64,000 bases of DNA from Octopus sinensis (taxonomy: Eukaryota). Below, in pieces: positions 41,907-54,364 of this stretch. The first letter of the stretch is position 1. Every line of letters begins with the position of its first letter. The DNA lies in assembly GCF_006345805.1 (NCBI RefSeq), contig NC_042999.1:7440001-7504000 (forward strand), given 5' to 3'. Position numbers and translations under genes: made by a program. The notes beneath the pieces are model-generated. The model worked only from the letters and a program-made list of their open reading frames with translations, was not told where the DNA came from and searched no databases.

Positions 41907-42439
41907 CAAATACATTCATGCAATATGTATTTCTGTACCCACAAATATATTTATATATAAATGTATATATATGTGTGTGTGTGTGTGCCTGTATTTATAT
42001 AAAGGAACGCCCACATGCGCACACACACATACAAACACATATATGGATAAGGGAAAGGATTAATTCAGGAAAAAGATACTGGAATTAAATTAGTGCCTGG
42101 ATATCTCCTTGTATCAGTTGAAGCTTAGGAGAAATCTGGAATAAATTTCCAAACAATGGTTATTTTCTGCTAAAACAGGATTTCTCGTAGACATTCCTGG
42201 CGCCACATACATACCAATTATCTCACTTCTCTCATTCACCCCTTCCCCCTGTCACTCATTCACCCCTCTCCTTATATGTGTATGCATATATGCACACATA
42301 TATATATATTATGTATACACACACACACATTTATATATATATATATGTATATAAATATATATATAATTATATTTACCTATCCATGTATCTATCCATCTCT
42401 CTCTCTCTCTCTATATATAATATATATATATATATATAT

Positions 42440-42485
<46 letters not shown>

Positions 42486-42574
42486 ATATGTATATTTATA
42501 TATTAATATATATACATATTAATTGTATATATATACTTCTATTATATATTACATACACACGTATGTGCAAGTTA

Positions 42575-42616
<42 letters not shown>

Positions 42617-43219
42617 GCATTGTGTGCATAGAGATATATATGTATACATATACCCAATACGCATTTTCAATTTCATTGCATCTGCTGCATTACGCAGGCG
42701 TACATTGGTATGCATGTCCATACATCTTTATCCAGTGTGCATATGTACACATTTATACGCATGGCACACAGACACACACAGTGGAACAAACACACATACG
42801 TACATACATATGTATCTATGTGAATGTGTTCCAGTTGACATCATTATTCCGACGCTGTGATATCGGATGTTTCTCTGTCTATTTATCAGCTTTTATCAAT
42901 GATGTTGGACGCGATTCTGTTGCTTCGCAACACGATAGGAACATATGTCTCCTGCGGATAGCGTAAAATGCTTCGCTGGACTTACAGATACAACCCAATC
43001 AATAGACTCGCCAGTGAGAATATCTTCGGAACGGAATGTAAACCTTTCTGCCGAACATTGCGATGGAACAATTGTATTTTCTCCCAATTGATTTTAAACT
43101 ATCCTTGAAACATTGTTACGTTCAGAAAGGAAGCAATACCACATTTACCGTGTATCTCTTTCTTTCTTTCTTTCTCATTTTCTTTCTTTTGCCAAGTTGT
43201 TCTATACCTCTAACCTTGT

Positions 43220-43700
43220 CTTTTCTTCTTCTTCTTCTTCTTCTTCTTCTTCTTCTTCTTCTTCTTCTTCTTCTTCTTCTTCTTCTTTCTTTCTTTCTTT
43301 CTTTCTTTCTTGTTCTTCTTGTTCTTCTTGTTCTTCTTGTTCTTTTTGTTGTTGTTGTTGTGTTTTGTTCTTCTTCCTTGTTCTTCTTCTTCGTGTTTCT
43401 TTTCTTCTTTCTTCTTTCGTCTTCTTCTTCTTCTTCTCTTCCTTTCTTTCTTTTTCTGTCTTTCTTCTTTTTGTTGTTGTTGTTCTTCTTCTTCCTCTTC
43501 TGCTTCTTCTTATTATTATCTACCTCTTCTTCAACTTCTCCTTCATCTTCTTCTTCTTCTTCTTCTTCTTCTTCTTCTTCTTCTCTCCTCATCATCATCA
43601 TCATCATCATCAATCATCATTCATCTCATTCTTCTTCTTCTTCTTCTTCTTCTTCTTCTTCTTCTTCTTCTTCAAATGATGATTATGATGAAGATGATGA
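43220..43700. repeat. Compound (CTT)n/(GTT)n/(CAT)n microsatellite
   Basis: Direct inspection; source of the poly-S/F/L/R/E ORFs. Confidence 0.95.
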
Positions 43701-43879
43701 GGATGACGATGATAAAATTGATAATAATCGTTTCAAATTTTGCCACAAGGGCAGCGATCTTATCAGCGGCGTTGAGTCGATTACCTCGACCTCAGTGTTC
43801 AGCTAGAAGGAAAGCTAAAGTCTAGCTCCAACAACAACAGCAACAACACCAAAAGCCATAATAAAGAAAGCGTATATTC

Positions 43880-44700
43880 TGTCAGTTAATACAGATGTGA
43901 GAATCTTGTAGGTGGTGTTGAGACATGTTATTGGTCGGTATTTCTTTGAAATTCTTTCGTATCTTCGGGTTTTGGTAGAAGGTATGTTGTTCCTGCAGAC
44001 AGCCAGGCAGGTATTTACTCTGGATTCTGGATGGCATCAATCACAGATGCAGCCAATTTTTGGTGTACTTCTGTCAGACAATTTATCTAGAAGTTAGGAA
44101 TTCGGTCCAGTCCTGGTGTTTTCCATTTGTGAGGCTTCCCAAGAACACATCTTAGCTCTTCTATTCCTCTCGCCTCCCTTTTCTGCTCTTCGACTTCATC
44201 CAGTCTCACTTTCTCACGCTCTATCCAATCAGCTTTAGCACTATATTCTTTTTTGTTGCTTCATATCTTCTTCCAGGATTCTTCCATTTCCTCAGTCTTA
44301 GGTGGTTCCATTACTTCTATCTTATTTTTGCCAATTTCTTTATAAAATATGTTTGCATCCGTCTTGGATATATTGTTTTGTCGATAAAATTTGATTCTTT
44401 TGTATTCTTTGTTGTGTATTCCGTTGTATTCCTTGTTTCAATTGATCTTTGGTTGCAGGGAGGTGTATAAAATCTTTGATTTTATATTTTTGCTTAAAGT
44501 TTCTAACTCACTTCGTCTTAACATTTACTCCTCAACCAAGTTCATCGAGAACTGACACATCCGCCCGCAGAGATTCGATCTCTTTTTGTATTGTTACTTT
44601 CCACTTAGGAGGTCTGTTTACATGGTCGGTCCTTTTCTGTGTCGTCCTGATAGCTGGTTGGGCAGTTACAACTTTAGCCGTGGAATAGATGAGGTTATTT
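43880..44700 (-). pseudogene. Decayed R4/Dong-like fragment (pre-RT and RT start)
   Basis: FYKEIGKNKIEV, PGLDRIPNF, WLSAGTTYLLPK, YRPITCLNTTYKILTSVL on minus. Confidence 0.8.
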
Positions 44701-44759
44701 AAGGTTGTTAGGTTATTTCCCTTATAACTTAAGGCTGTCTAACATTATATATCATGATT

Positions 44760-45060
44760 ATATTCTGGAATTTTCCAGTCAACACTGACAGAACAATCCA
44801 GGTTTATCGATCAGACATAATTATTAAAAACGGAAAAAAAGCCTTGATAAAAATATGTCGAAGAATTTGACAAACTCAGTAAATATAAGGAACTGGAAAT
44901 TGAAATACAAAAGATGTGGCGTCTTAAAACGAGAACTGTTCTTGTTATTGTAGGTGCCCTAGGTATGATAAAAAGGGATGTCAGAAACATCTAGATAAGA
45001 TCCCAGGAGAACCATGTCTCATAGAAATCTAAAAGATTGTGCTGACAAGTTCTGCACATA
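44760..45060 (+). pseudogene. Decayed R4/Dong-like 3' (endonuclease) fragment
   Basis: KLSKYKELEIEIQKMWRLKT, VIVGALGMIK. Confidence 0.8.
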
Positions 45061-47404
45061 GTACTGCTCATATACCTACCTCTATATTTCTGAACATGTA
45101 GGGGATTTACTTATGCCATCAAAGCAACCACTGATCTGGTGTATCATGTGATATAATCTACATCAGGGAGTGTAATGCTTAGGGGAGCAAATACATGGTT
45201 TTGAAACTAAAGATGGGGCGCCCTCGCTTCTATCAATTGTATAGTGTTGCGATAGATAGGATGTGTAACACGGGACACACAGTGAAAGATAGTGTTGGTT
45301 ATATTAATCCCTTGCTCTTCTTATCTTTCTGGAACAATAAGGGGAGAAGGTGAGTGCCGAAATCACTAGAAAAGAATTGCCTTCAGAAGAGGCCTGAATG
45401 AATATTCTAACTGGTGCTATGCTATTCTGAAGATGCGTTCGTTGTAGGGTCAGGCGAGAGGAGTAACGAGATGGATGCTGCAGGACAGGATCCCATGCTA
45501 TAACATGTGTAACAATAATAGTCACGTGAGTGTTTCATGATTTGAGATCCTTCTCTGTAAGAAGAGAAGAGAGAGCAGTTGTCTATCACATGGTAAAGTG
45601 AATACAAGGATCTTTGGTTATCTCTTCTATAGAATCTGCCATCGAAGGGAATTATCTGCGTTTGCTATTGTATTTGTATCAATGCATATTTTCTGTAAAA
45701 CGACATGTCTCTTTGTTAAGGAATAATAATGTTCGATATGGATTATTGTTGGAGCGGGAAGAAAGAGAAGGTTTCGAGACAGAAAACCAGAGAAAAGACT
45801 TGTTGCCTCTCTCTGTCCTTTTGTTAGTTACAATTTGGGAGGCGTGGCAACAACGACTGGCCTCGTTTTCAAGGCTCTAAGCAACGCAGCAACAACAAAC
45901 ATGACGATACCGACAATATCAATGAAATGTTATTCAGTTATCATTAATGATAATGAAAGATTTTCGCTTTTCAAGGGAAAGCAGTAGTGAGAGGTACAAC
46001 AGCAATAACAACGCTACCACAAACACCGAATCCATCCCCACCAGCAGCAGCAGCCGTTCAAGAAAATGGACCTGGAGATCTCTATTTCCAGCGACCTCGA
46101 GGGCCACCTCCCAGTGGTGTCGGGCGTCAATGAAGAGCCCTCGACTACAACAAGACGACCAAAGTTTTTTTTTTCCAAGGTCTGGGGGTTTCCGGCCCCT
46201 AAGCCCTAGACCATCACCTAATCACCCTTACCCGTCTTGTTGCTTACAACAACAACAACAACAACAGCAGCAGCAGCACCAAAGATATTATTTCTTACAC
46301 TTTTCTACCAGCACCAGCAAAACCAACATATACCATTTCTATTGGAATACAACTCGATAGGGATGTAGAACGATATCGATATTGTCATACTGGCAAGGGA
46401 ATATGGTAGGGTTCGAAGTCCTCTCGGAGATATTTGCGCTAGGTACCCTATTGTCTTAGGCAGGAGTGAGAATTTAGTCCACATCTCTGCGCAAATGTTG
46501 AGGTGCGTATGAAAGGTTTCTGCATTTGTTGAACGTAACTGATTTCCTAATGTCAGGTTATATCTGAGTTTACGAGACCAGAATGGTGCATAGAAGGCTT
46601 TCATCTCTACAAGCAGCCGGGATTTATATAACTTATCACTAAGTGTTAGATAGTTAAGGCTTAGATGGTACATCTTGGTTATCAGCAGCTACTTGTTATT
46701 AGTTCATTGGCAGGTGGTAACAATAAGACGGATCAGTTTCCCTAAAAATTTGATATTGCAGGATTTAAGACTATATGTAGTCGGTCAGAGGAATGGGGTC
46801 CAAGCAGACAATTTACCCACGCGTACGGAAAAAAAACCTACTTTTCTGTCAAGGGCTTATATACTCCATTATTAGACTATTTTCCTTAGTCACTGAACGC
46901 TGATCGGTAAAAGATTTAAGCTTATAAAATACTATCGCTATTATTTACACAATTGTAAAACTCGACACTGCTTAACAAAACCATTCGCAGTGAAAGCATA
47001 AGAAAGTTTGTTTACAAAAAACAACTACGAACTAATATAGTTCTTTAATTTCACAGGAAGCAGCAGGTTAGTTCGCTGGTGTGATCGGTAACACACTTAA
47101 CTTAGTCGCGTAAACAACATGATGTGAGTTCGAGGCCCACGCTTAGAGGAAAATTTACTTTTTCTGTCGATGGTTCCCATGCCCCATTATTAGACTATTT
47201 TCCTTAGTCATTACGCGCTAGTCGCTATAATCTTATATAAAACTATTATTATTAAAATTTTATATATGTATGTATATCAGAGGCGACTCCAGGTCATCAG
47301 CATCACTCGGGCTCATCACAGATTTCGTATAAGACACCTGCCTGCTCGAAGAATTTTACATTTTCTCGCTTTATTTCTAGCCACAAATTATATATCTTTT
47401 ATAT

Positions 47405-47626
47405 ACTCTTTACTCTTTTTCTTGTTTCAGTCATTTGACTGCGGCCATGCTGGAGCACCGCCTTTAGTCGAGCAACTCGACTCCGGGACTTATTCTTTTT
47501 GTAAGCCCAGTACTTATTCTATCGGTCTCTTTTCGCCGAACCGCTAAGTCACGGGGACGTAAACACACCAGCATCGGTTGTCAAGCAATGCTAGGGGAAC
47601 AAACACAGACACACAAACACAAACAC

Positions 47627-47661
<35 letters not shown>

Positions 47662-47833
47662 CATATGTACGACAGGCTTCTTTCAGTTTCCGTCTACCAA
47701 ATCCACTCACAAGGCATTGGTCGGCCCGGGGCTATAGCAGAAGACACTTGCCCAAGATGCCACGCAGTGTGACTGAACCCAGAACCATGTGGTTGGTTAG
47801 CAAGCTACTTACCACACAGCCACTCCTGCACCT
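47405..47833 (-). mobile_element. SINE family A, full length
   Basis: Head, microsatellite middle and tail all present. Confidence 0.9.
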
Positions 47834-48516
47834 ATGTTTCTCACCATTTCTAAATTATAAGTAAAAATATAGCAACCCTGCAAAACACAACTGATCTTTA
47901 TACAGAAAAACAGCAATCAAATAACGACAGCAGAGTGCACAACAAACATCAGTGATCTGACTGTCGCCTGTACTCTTGACAAGAGATGCCAGTTAGTCCT
48001 TTGCACATAACAGGCTCGATCGTATTAGCCAGAGTTGCTGGATGATTTTTCGTTCCTTTAATAATAATATTGTAGAAAGGAAACTTTTCATAGATTGGAA
48101 TTTGAATACTAATCTCTATAAAAACTTATTGTTTGAAGAAAACATTGAATTCGAATTACTTTTAATTTTTACAATTATTGATAACAACTCGAGTTGTAAC
48201 TTCTGAGCCCGAGTCAAGTACGTTTGAACGATGTCGAGAGAATGTCTGCTTTGAATGATATTTTTTGATACAGGACGCCTCTAAGACGACCACCAGACAC
48301 TGAACGAAAATATATGAACTGCAATCAGGCTCGATAAAAGGAGTCTGCGTTATTGGCTGCAATTACATACTTGAAGTCAAGTGTTGGCAGAAATGAAATC
48401 AGCTTGAAAATACATGTTCACTTTACTAAATTTATACTCGGGCTAAGTCCGAACAGCCCGAGTGCCGAGTCGCCAATGATATATATATATATATTAATAT
48501 ATATATATATATATAT

Positions 48517-48687
48517 ATATAACAATTTAGGAGTGACCTTAACAGGTCATTCGTCCACCAGAAAGAGCAGCCATAACTCACACCGCCAAGTAGTAGTAAT
48601 TCAGAAATTAGGTGAAAATTTAAAAACATTTAACCTAATTCATCTTTTAGACGTTGCAACGTTTTCTGTGTCATTAATGATTAAATT
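48517..48687 (-). repeat. Inverted partial copy of the satellite unit at the array 5' end
   Basis: AACAATTTAGGAGTGACC...AGACGTTGCAACGTTTTCTGTGTCATTAATGATTAAATT is the reverse complement of part of the unit. Confidence 0.9.
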
Positions 48688-51600
48688 GACTAATTGATAA
48701 TTTTCTGAATAATTCTGAGATTGAATCGGCAGTTTATATTTACTGCTGATAAGTTTGGCGCGAATACGTCAGTCGTGGAAAATTTTAAGACAGATATTCC
48801 GTAGGCATCGATACAGACGCCTCGTGTATATTTGTCTCTCCCAGGTTTTTACTGATGAAGTGTAACCTATGGTAGATTAGCTTAATTTAATTTAATTAAG
48901 CTAATTTAATCATTAATGACACAGAAACGTTGCAACGTCTAAAAGATGAATTAGGGTAAATGTTTTTAAATTTTCACCTAATTTCTGAATTACTACTACT
49001 TGGCGGTGTGTGTGTGAGTTATGGCTGCTCTTCTGGTGGACGAATGACCTGTTAAGGTCACTCCTAAATTGTTATATTTATATATTTAGTCGATGACTAT
49101 TTCTCTTTTCACCAGGCCGCTGGTAGCGATAAATTTCTATTGAATTTTTTTGCTACCCTAAATTGACTAATTGATAATTTTCTGAATAATCTGAGATTGA
49201 ATCGGCAGTTTATATTTACTGCTGATAAGTTTGGCGGCGAATACGTCAGTCTTGAAAATTTTAAGACAGATATTCCGTAGGCATCGATACAGACGCCTCG
49301 TGTATTTGTCTCTCCCAGGTTTTTACTGATGAAGTGTAACCTATGGTAGATTAGCTTAATTTAATTTAATTAAGCTAATTTAATCATTAATGACACAGAA
49401 ACGTTGCAACGTCTAAAAGATGAATTAGGGTAAATGTTTTTAAATTTTCACCTAATTTCTGAATTACTACTACTGGGCGGTGTGAGTTATGGCTGCTCTT
49501 TCTGGTGGACGAATGACCTGTTAAGGTCACTCCTAAATGTTATATTTATATATTTAGTCGATGACTATTTTCTCTTTTCCACCAGGCCGCTGGTAGCGAT
49601 AAATTTATTGAATTTTTTTGCTACCCTAAATTGACTAATTGATAATTTTCTGAATAATTCTGAGATTGAATCGGCAGTTTATATTTACTGCTGATAAGTT
49701 TAGCGCGAATACGTCAGTCTTGAAAATTTTAAGACAGATATTCCGTAGGATCGATACAGACGCCTCGTGTATATTTGTCTCTCCCAGGTTTTTACTGATG
49801 AAGTGTAACCTATGGTAGATTAGCTTAATTTATTTAATTAAGCTAATTTAATCATTAATGACACAGAAACGTTGCAACGTCTAAAAGATGAATTAGGGTA
49901 AATGTTTTTAAATTTTCACCTAATTTCTGAATTACTACTACTTGGCGGTGTGAGTTATGGCTGCTCTTTCTGGGGACGAATGACCTGTTAAGGTCACTCC
50001 TAAATTGTTATATTTATATATTTAGTCGATGACTATTTTCTCTTTTCCACCAGGCCGCTGGTAGCGATAAATTCTATTGAATTTTTTTGCTACCCTAAAT
50101 TGACTAATTGATAATTTTCTGAATAATTCTGAGATTGAATCGGCAGTTTATATTTACTGCTGATAAGTTTGGCGCGAATACGTCAGTCTTGAAAATTTTA
50201 AGACAGATATTCCGTAGGCATCGATACAGACGCCTCGTGTATATTTGTCTCTCCCAGGTTTTTTACTGATGAAGTGTAACCTATGGTAGATTAGCTTAAT
50301 TTAATTTAATTAAGCTAATTTAATCATTAATGACACAGAAACGTTGCAACGTCTAAAAGATGAATTAGGGTAAATGTTTTTAAATTTTCACCTAATTCTG
50401 AATTACTACTACTTGGCGGTGTGAGTTATGGCTGCTCTTTCTGGTGGACGAATGACCTGTTAAGGTCACTCCTAAATTGTTATATTTATATATTTAGTCG
50501 ATGACTATTTCTCTTTTCCACCAGGCCGCTGGTAGCGATAAATTTCTATTGAATTTTTTTGCTACCCTAAATTGACTAATTGATAATTTTCTGAATAATT
50601 CTGAGATTGAATCGGCAGTTTATATTTACTGCTGATAAGTTTGGCGCGAATACGTCAGTCTTGAAAATTTTAAGACAGATATTCCGTAGGCATCGATACA
50701 GACGCCTCGTGTATATTTGTCTCTCCCAGGTTTTTTACTGATGAAGTGTAACCTATGGTAGATTAGCTTAATTTAATTTAATTAAGCTAATTTAATCATT
50801 AATGACACAGAAACGTTGCAATCGTCTAAAAGATGAATTAGGGTAAATGTTTTTAAATTTTCACCTAATTTCTGAATTACTACTACTTGGCGGTGTGAGT
50901 TATGGCTGCTCTTTCTGGTGGACGAATGACCTGTTAAGGTCACTCCTAAATTGTTATATTTATATTTAGTCGATGACTATTTTCTCTTTTCCACCAGGCC
51001 GCTGGTAGCGATAAATTTCTATTGAATTTTTTTTGCTACCCTAAATTGACTAATTGATAATTTTCTGAATAATTCTGAGATTGAATCGGCAGTTTTATTT
51101 ACTGCTGATAGTTTGGCGCGAATACGTCAGTCTTGAAAATTTTAAGACAGATATTCCGTAGGCATCGATACAGACGCCTCGTGTATATTTGTCTCTCCCA
51201 GGTTTTTACTGATGAAGTGTAACCTATGGTAGATTAGCTTAATTTAATTTAATTAAGCTAATTTAATCATTAATGACACAGAAACGTTGCAACGTAAAAG
51301 ATGAATTAGGGTAAATGTTTTTAAATTTTCACCTAATTTCTGAATTACTACTACTTGGCGGTGTGAGTTATGGCTGCTCTTTCTGGTGGACGAATGACCT
51401 GTTAAGGTCACTCCTAAATTGTTATATTTATATATTTAGTCGATGACTATTTTCTCTTTCCACCAGGCCGCTGGTAGCGATAAATTTCTATTGAATTTTT
51501 TGCTACCCTAAATTGACTAATTGATAATTTTCTGAATAATTCTGAGATTGAATCGGCAGTTTATATTTACTGCTGATAAGTTTGGCGCGAATACGTCAGT

Positions 51601-52457
51601 CTTGAAAATTTTAAGACAGATATTCCGTAGGCATCGATACAGACGCCTCGTGTATATTTGTCTCTCCCAGGTTTTTACTGATGAAGTGTAACCTATGGTA
51701 GATTAGCTTAATTTAATAATTAAGCTAATTATTAATCATTAATGACACAGAAACGTTGCAACGTCTAAAAGATGAATTAGGGTAAATGTTTTTAAATTTT
51801 CACCTAATTTCTGAATTACTACTACTGGCGGCGTGGTGTGAGTTATGGCTGCTCTTTCTGGTGGACGAATGACCTTTAAGGTCACTCCTAAATTGTTATA
51901 TTTATATATTTAGTCAATGACTATTTTCTTTTCCACCAGGCCGCTGGTAGCGATAAATTTCTATTGAATTTTTTGCTACCCTAAATTGACTAATTGATAA
52001 TTTTCTGAATAATTCTGAGATTGAATCGGCAGTTTTATTTACTGCTGATAAGTTTGGCGCGAATACGTCAGTCTTGAAAATTTTAAGACAGATATTCCGT
52101 AGGCATCGATACAGACGCCTCGTGTATATTTGTCTCTCCCAGGTTTTTTACTGATGAAGTGTAACCTATGGTAGATTAGTTAATTTAATTTAATTAAGCT
52201 AATTTAATCATTAATGACACAGAAACGTTGCAACGTCTAAAAGATGAATAGGGTAAATGTTTTAAATTTTCACCTAATTTCTGAATTACTACTATGGCGG
52301 GTGAGTTATGGCTGCTCTTTCTGGTGGACGAATGACCTGTTAAGGTCACTCCTAAATTGTTATATTTATATTTAGTCGATGACTATTTTCTCTTTCCACC
52401 AGGCCGTGGTAGCGATAAATTTCTATTGAATTTTTTTGCTACCCTAAATTGACTAAT
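48682..52457 (+). repeat. Tandem array of eight ~471-bp hammerhead-containing units
   Basis: GAAACGTTGC recurs at ~48924, 49398, 49866, 50338, 50810, 51281, 51750 and 52222; units differ mainly by small indels. Confidence 0.95.
48847..48944 (+). ncRNA. Type I hammerhead ribozyme of unit 1 (repeated in all eight units)
   Basis: TTTTA-CTGATGA-A-GTGT[long AT-rich insert]ACAC-A-GAAAC-GTTGCAAC-GTC-TAAAA; predicted cleavage after 48939. Confidence 0.75.
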
Positions 52458-52512
52458 ATATATATATATATATATAACGCATACACAACATTATATATAT
52501 GTATGTATATAT

Positions 52513-52566
<54 letters not shown>

Positions 52567-52629
52567 CTACCACAACACACACACACACACACATATGTAT
52601 AATAATATAATATGAAATTGTAATTAAGA

Positions 52630-52945
52630 TACCCGAGCCGGTGACACGTAAAAAGCACCGTCCGAATGTGGCAGATGCCAGCGCCGCCTGACTGGTGTCC
52701 GTGCTGGTGACACGTAAAAAGCACCAACTGATCGTGACCGTTTGCCAGTCTCCTGAGGCCCCTGTGCCGGTGGCACGTAAAAAGCACCCACTACACTCAC
52801 GGAGTGGTTGGTGTTAGGAAGGGCATCCAGCTGTAGAAACACTGCCAAACCAGACTGGAACCTGGTGCAGTCTCCTGGCTTCACAGACCACGGTTGAACC
52901 ATCCAACCCATGCTAGCATGGAGAACGGACGTTAAACGATGATGA
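52630..52945 (+). mobile_element. SINE-like element (family D) with RTE-type tail
   Basis: Three GGTGACACGTAAAAAGCACC repeats; tail GGAAGGGCATCCAGCTGTAG...GGACGTTAAACGATGATGAT. Confidence 0.65.
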
Positions 52946-52964
52946 TTATTATTATTATGATGAT

Positions 52965-53027
<63 letters not shown>

Positions 53028-53936
53028 TGTGTTGTGGGTGTGTGTGTGTTCATCTGTGTCAGTGCAAGTAGTTATGAATTTGTAAGTAATGTGTATGTGT
53101 GTGTGTATTTAGTACATTTTTTTTTCCATCACTAACATCTCCCCGTACGATCTCGAAGTGTGAAATTAGTTGCCATGGAAACCGAATTAAGGTCATTTAA
53201 TAGAATTATTTGAATAAGATTTATGGTCACTATCCAGCTAACGATTGATTACTTGATTTACCTGTTTGAAAGTTAAAGCAAATTATTACAAGTTCGTCAC
53301 TGACTACTTATTTATTCAAAGCTCGGTTCTCAACGCCGATCGCCATTTTTCACTTTCACACTTATACTTTCTGAAAGCTGACAATAATTCATAAAACCTA
53401 TATTTAATATATGGTCACTTTCAATAATAAAGGCACTTGATAAGGTGTAATTTAATTACCAAGAAGCGATTCAAATATACTTTCTCTCTGATTAATTTAA
53501 AATATTTGCTGGCGTTTGTTATCAAGGTTTGTTTGCAAATAATCGAATTTTCTTTTATTTACGTAATTCTCTACAATCTAGGGTATCGTGCGTGCAAGAG
53601 TGATTGTAACCATTTCTGCTATATTTATGGTGAACAGGTTTTATCAGCAACTGAATGAACATAGCAGAGCGAATTAAGGAGATTTATTATGCTTATTTCA
53701 GGTGATTATTACAAAGAGTGGCTATCACCTGTATACTTTCTGATCTGCACAAACTACATTAGAAGGTGGTCTTCAAAGGAAAATGTGTCTTACTCAATAG
53801 AAGTTATGGGTCACGGCACAGGGTTTCTCCGCTGATGCAGGACACATATACAAACCCACACATACAAACAGATATAAAATGCATACATGTACTCACTCCC
53901 AACTATTATGTTTACCGCTACCACAATTCATTCAGA

Positions 53937-54293
53937 TATTATTTACATTATTTACATTTGACGGATATTTGCTCTCATCTTCTTGTTTGTTAATACAACG
54001 TTTCGGCTGATGTACTCTCCAGCCTTCATCAGGTGTCCTGAGGGAATTTCGAACCTGGGTTCTCATTCCCAAGGTATTTTTCGATGTCGTTGTTATCATC
54101 ATCATCATCATCATCATTATTATTATTATTATTGACCACTACGCCCACGGGCATATGACATAGTGGTTAAGAGCGCATGCTACTAACCCCAAGATTCCGA
54201 GTTCGATTCCATGGAGTGACCTGAATAATAAAAACAACAACAACAACAACACAACAACAACAACAACAACAACACAACAACAACAACAACAAC

Positions 54294-54364
<71 letters not shown>

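Noticed and set aside
43063-43825. ORFs up to 247 aa rich in S/L/F/R/E
   Set aside because: Trinucleotide repeats that are stop-free in several frames; no domain.
45947-46673. ORFs of 137 aa (+) and 122 aa (-)
   Set aside because: Low-complexity or unrecognisable, with no splice or domain support.
48682-52457. Array as CRISPR, rDNA or coding repeat
   Set aside because: No unique spacers, no rRNA motifs, and the short ORF is broken by indels in most units.
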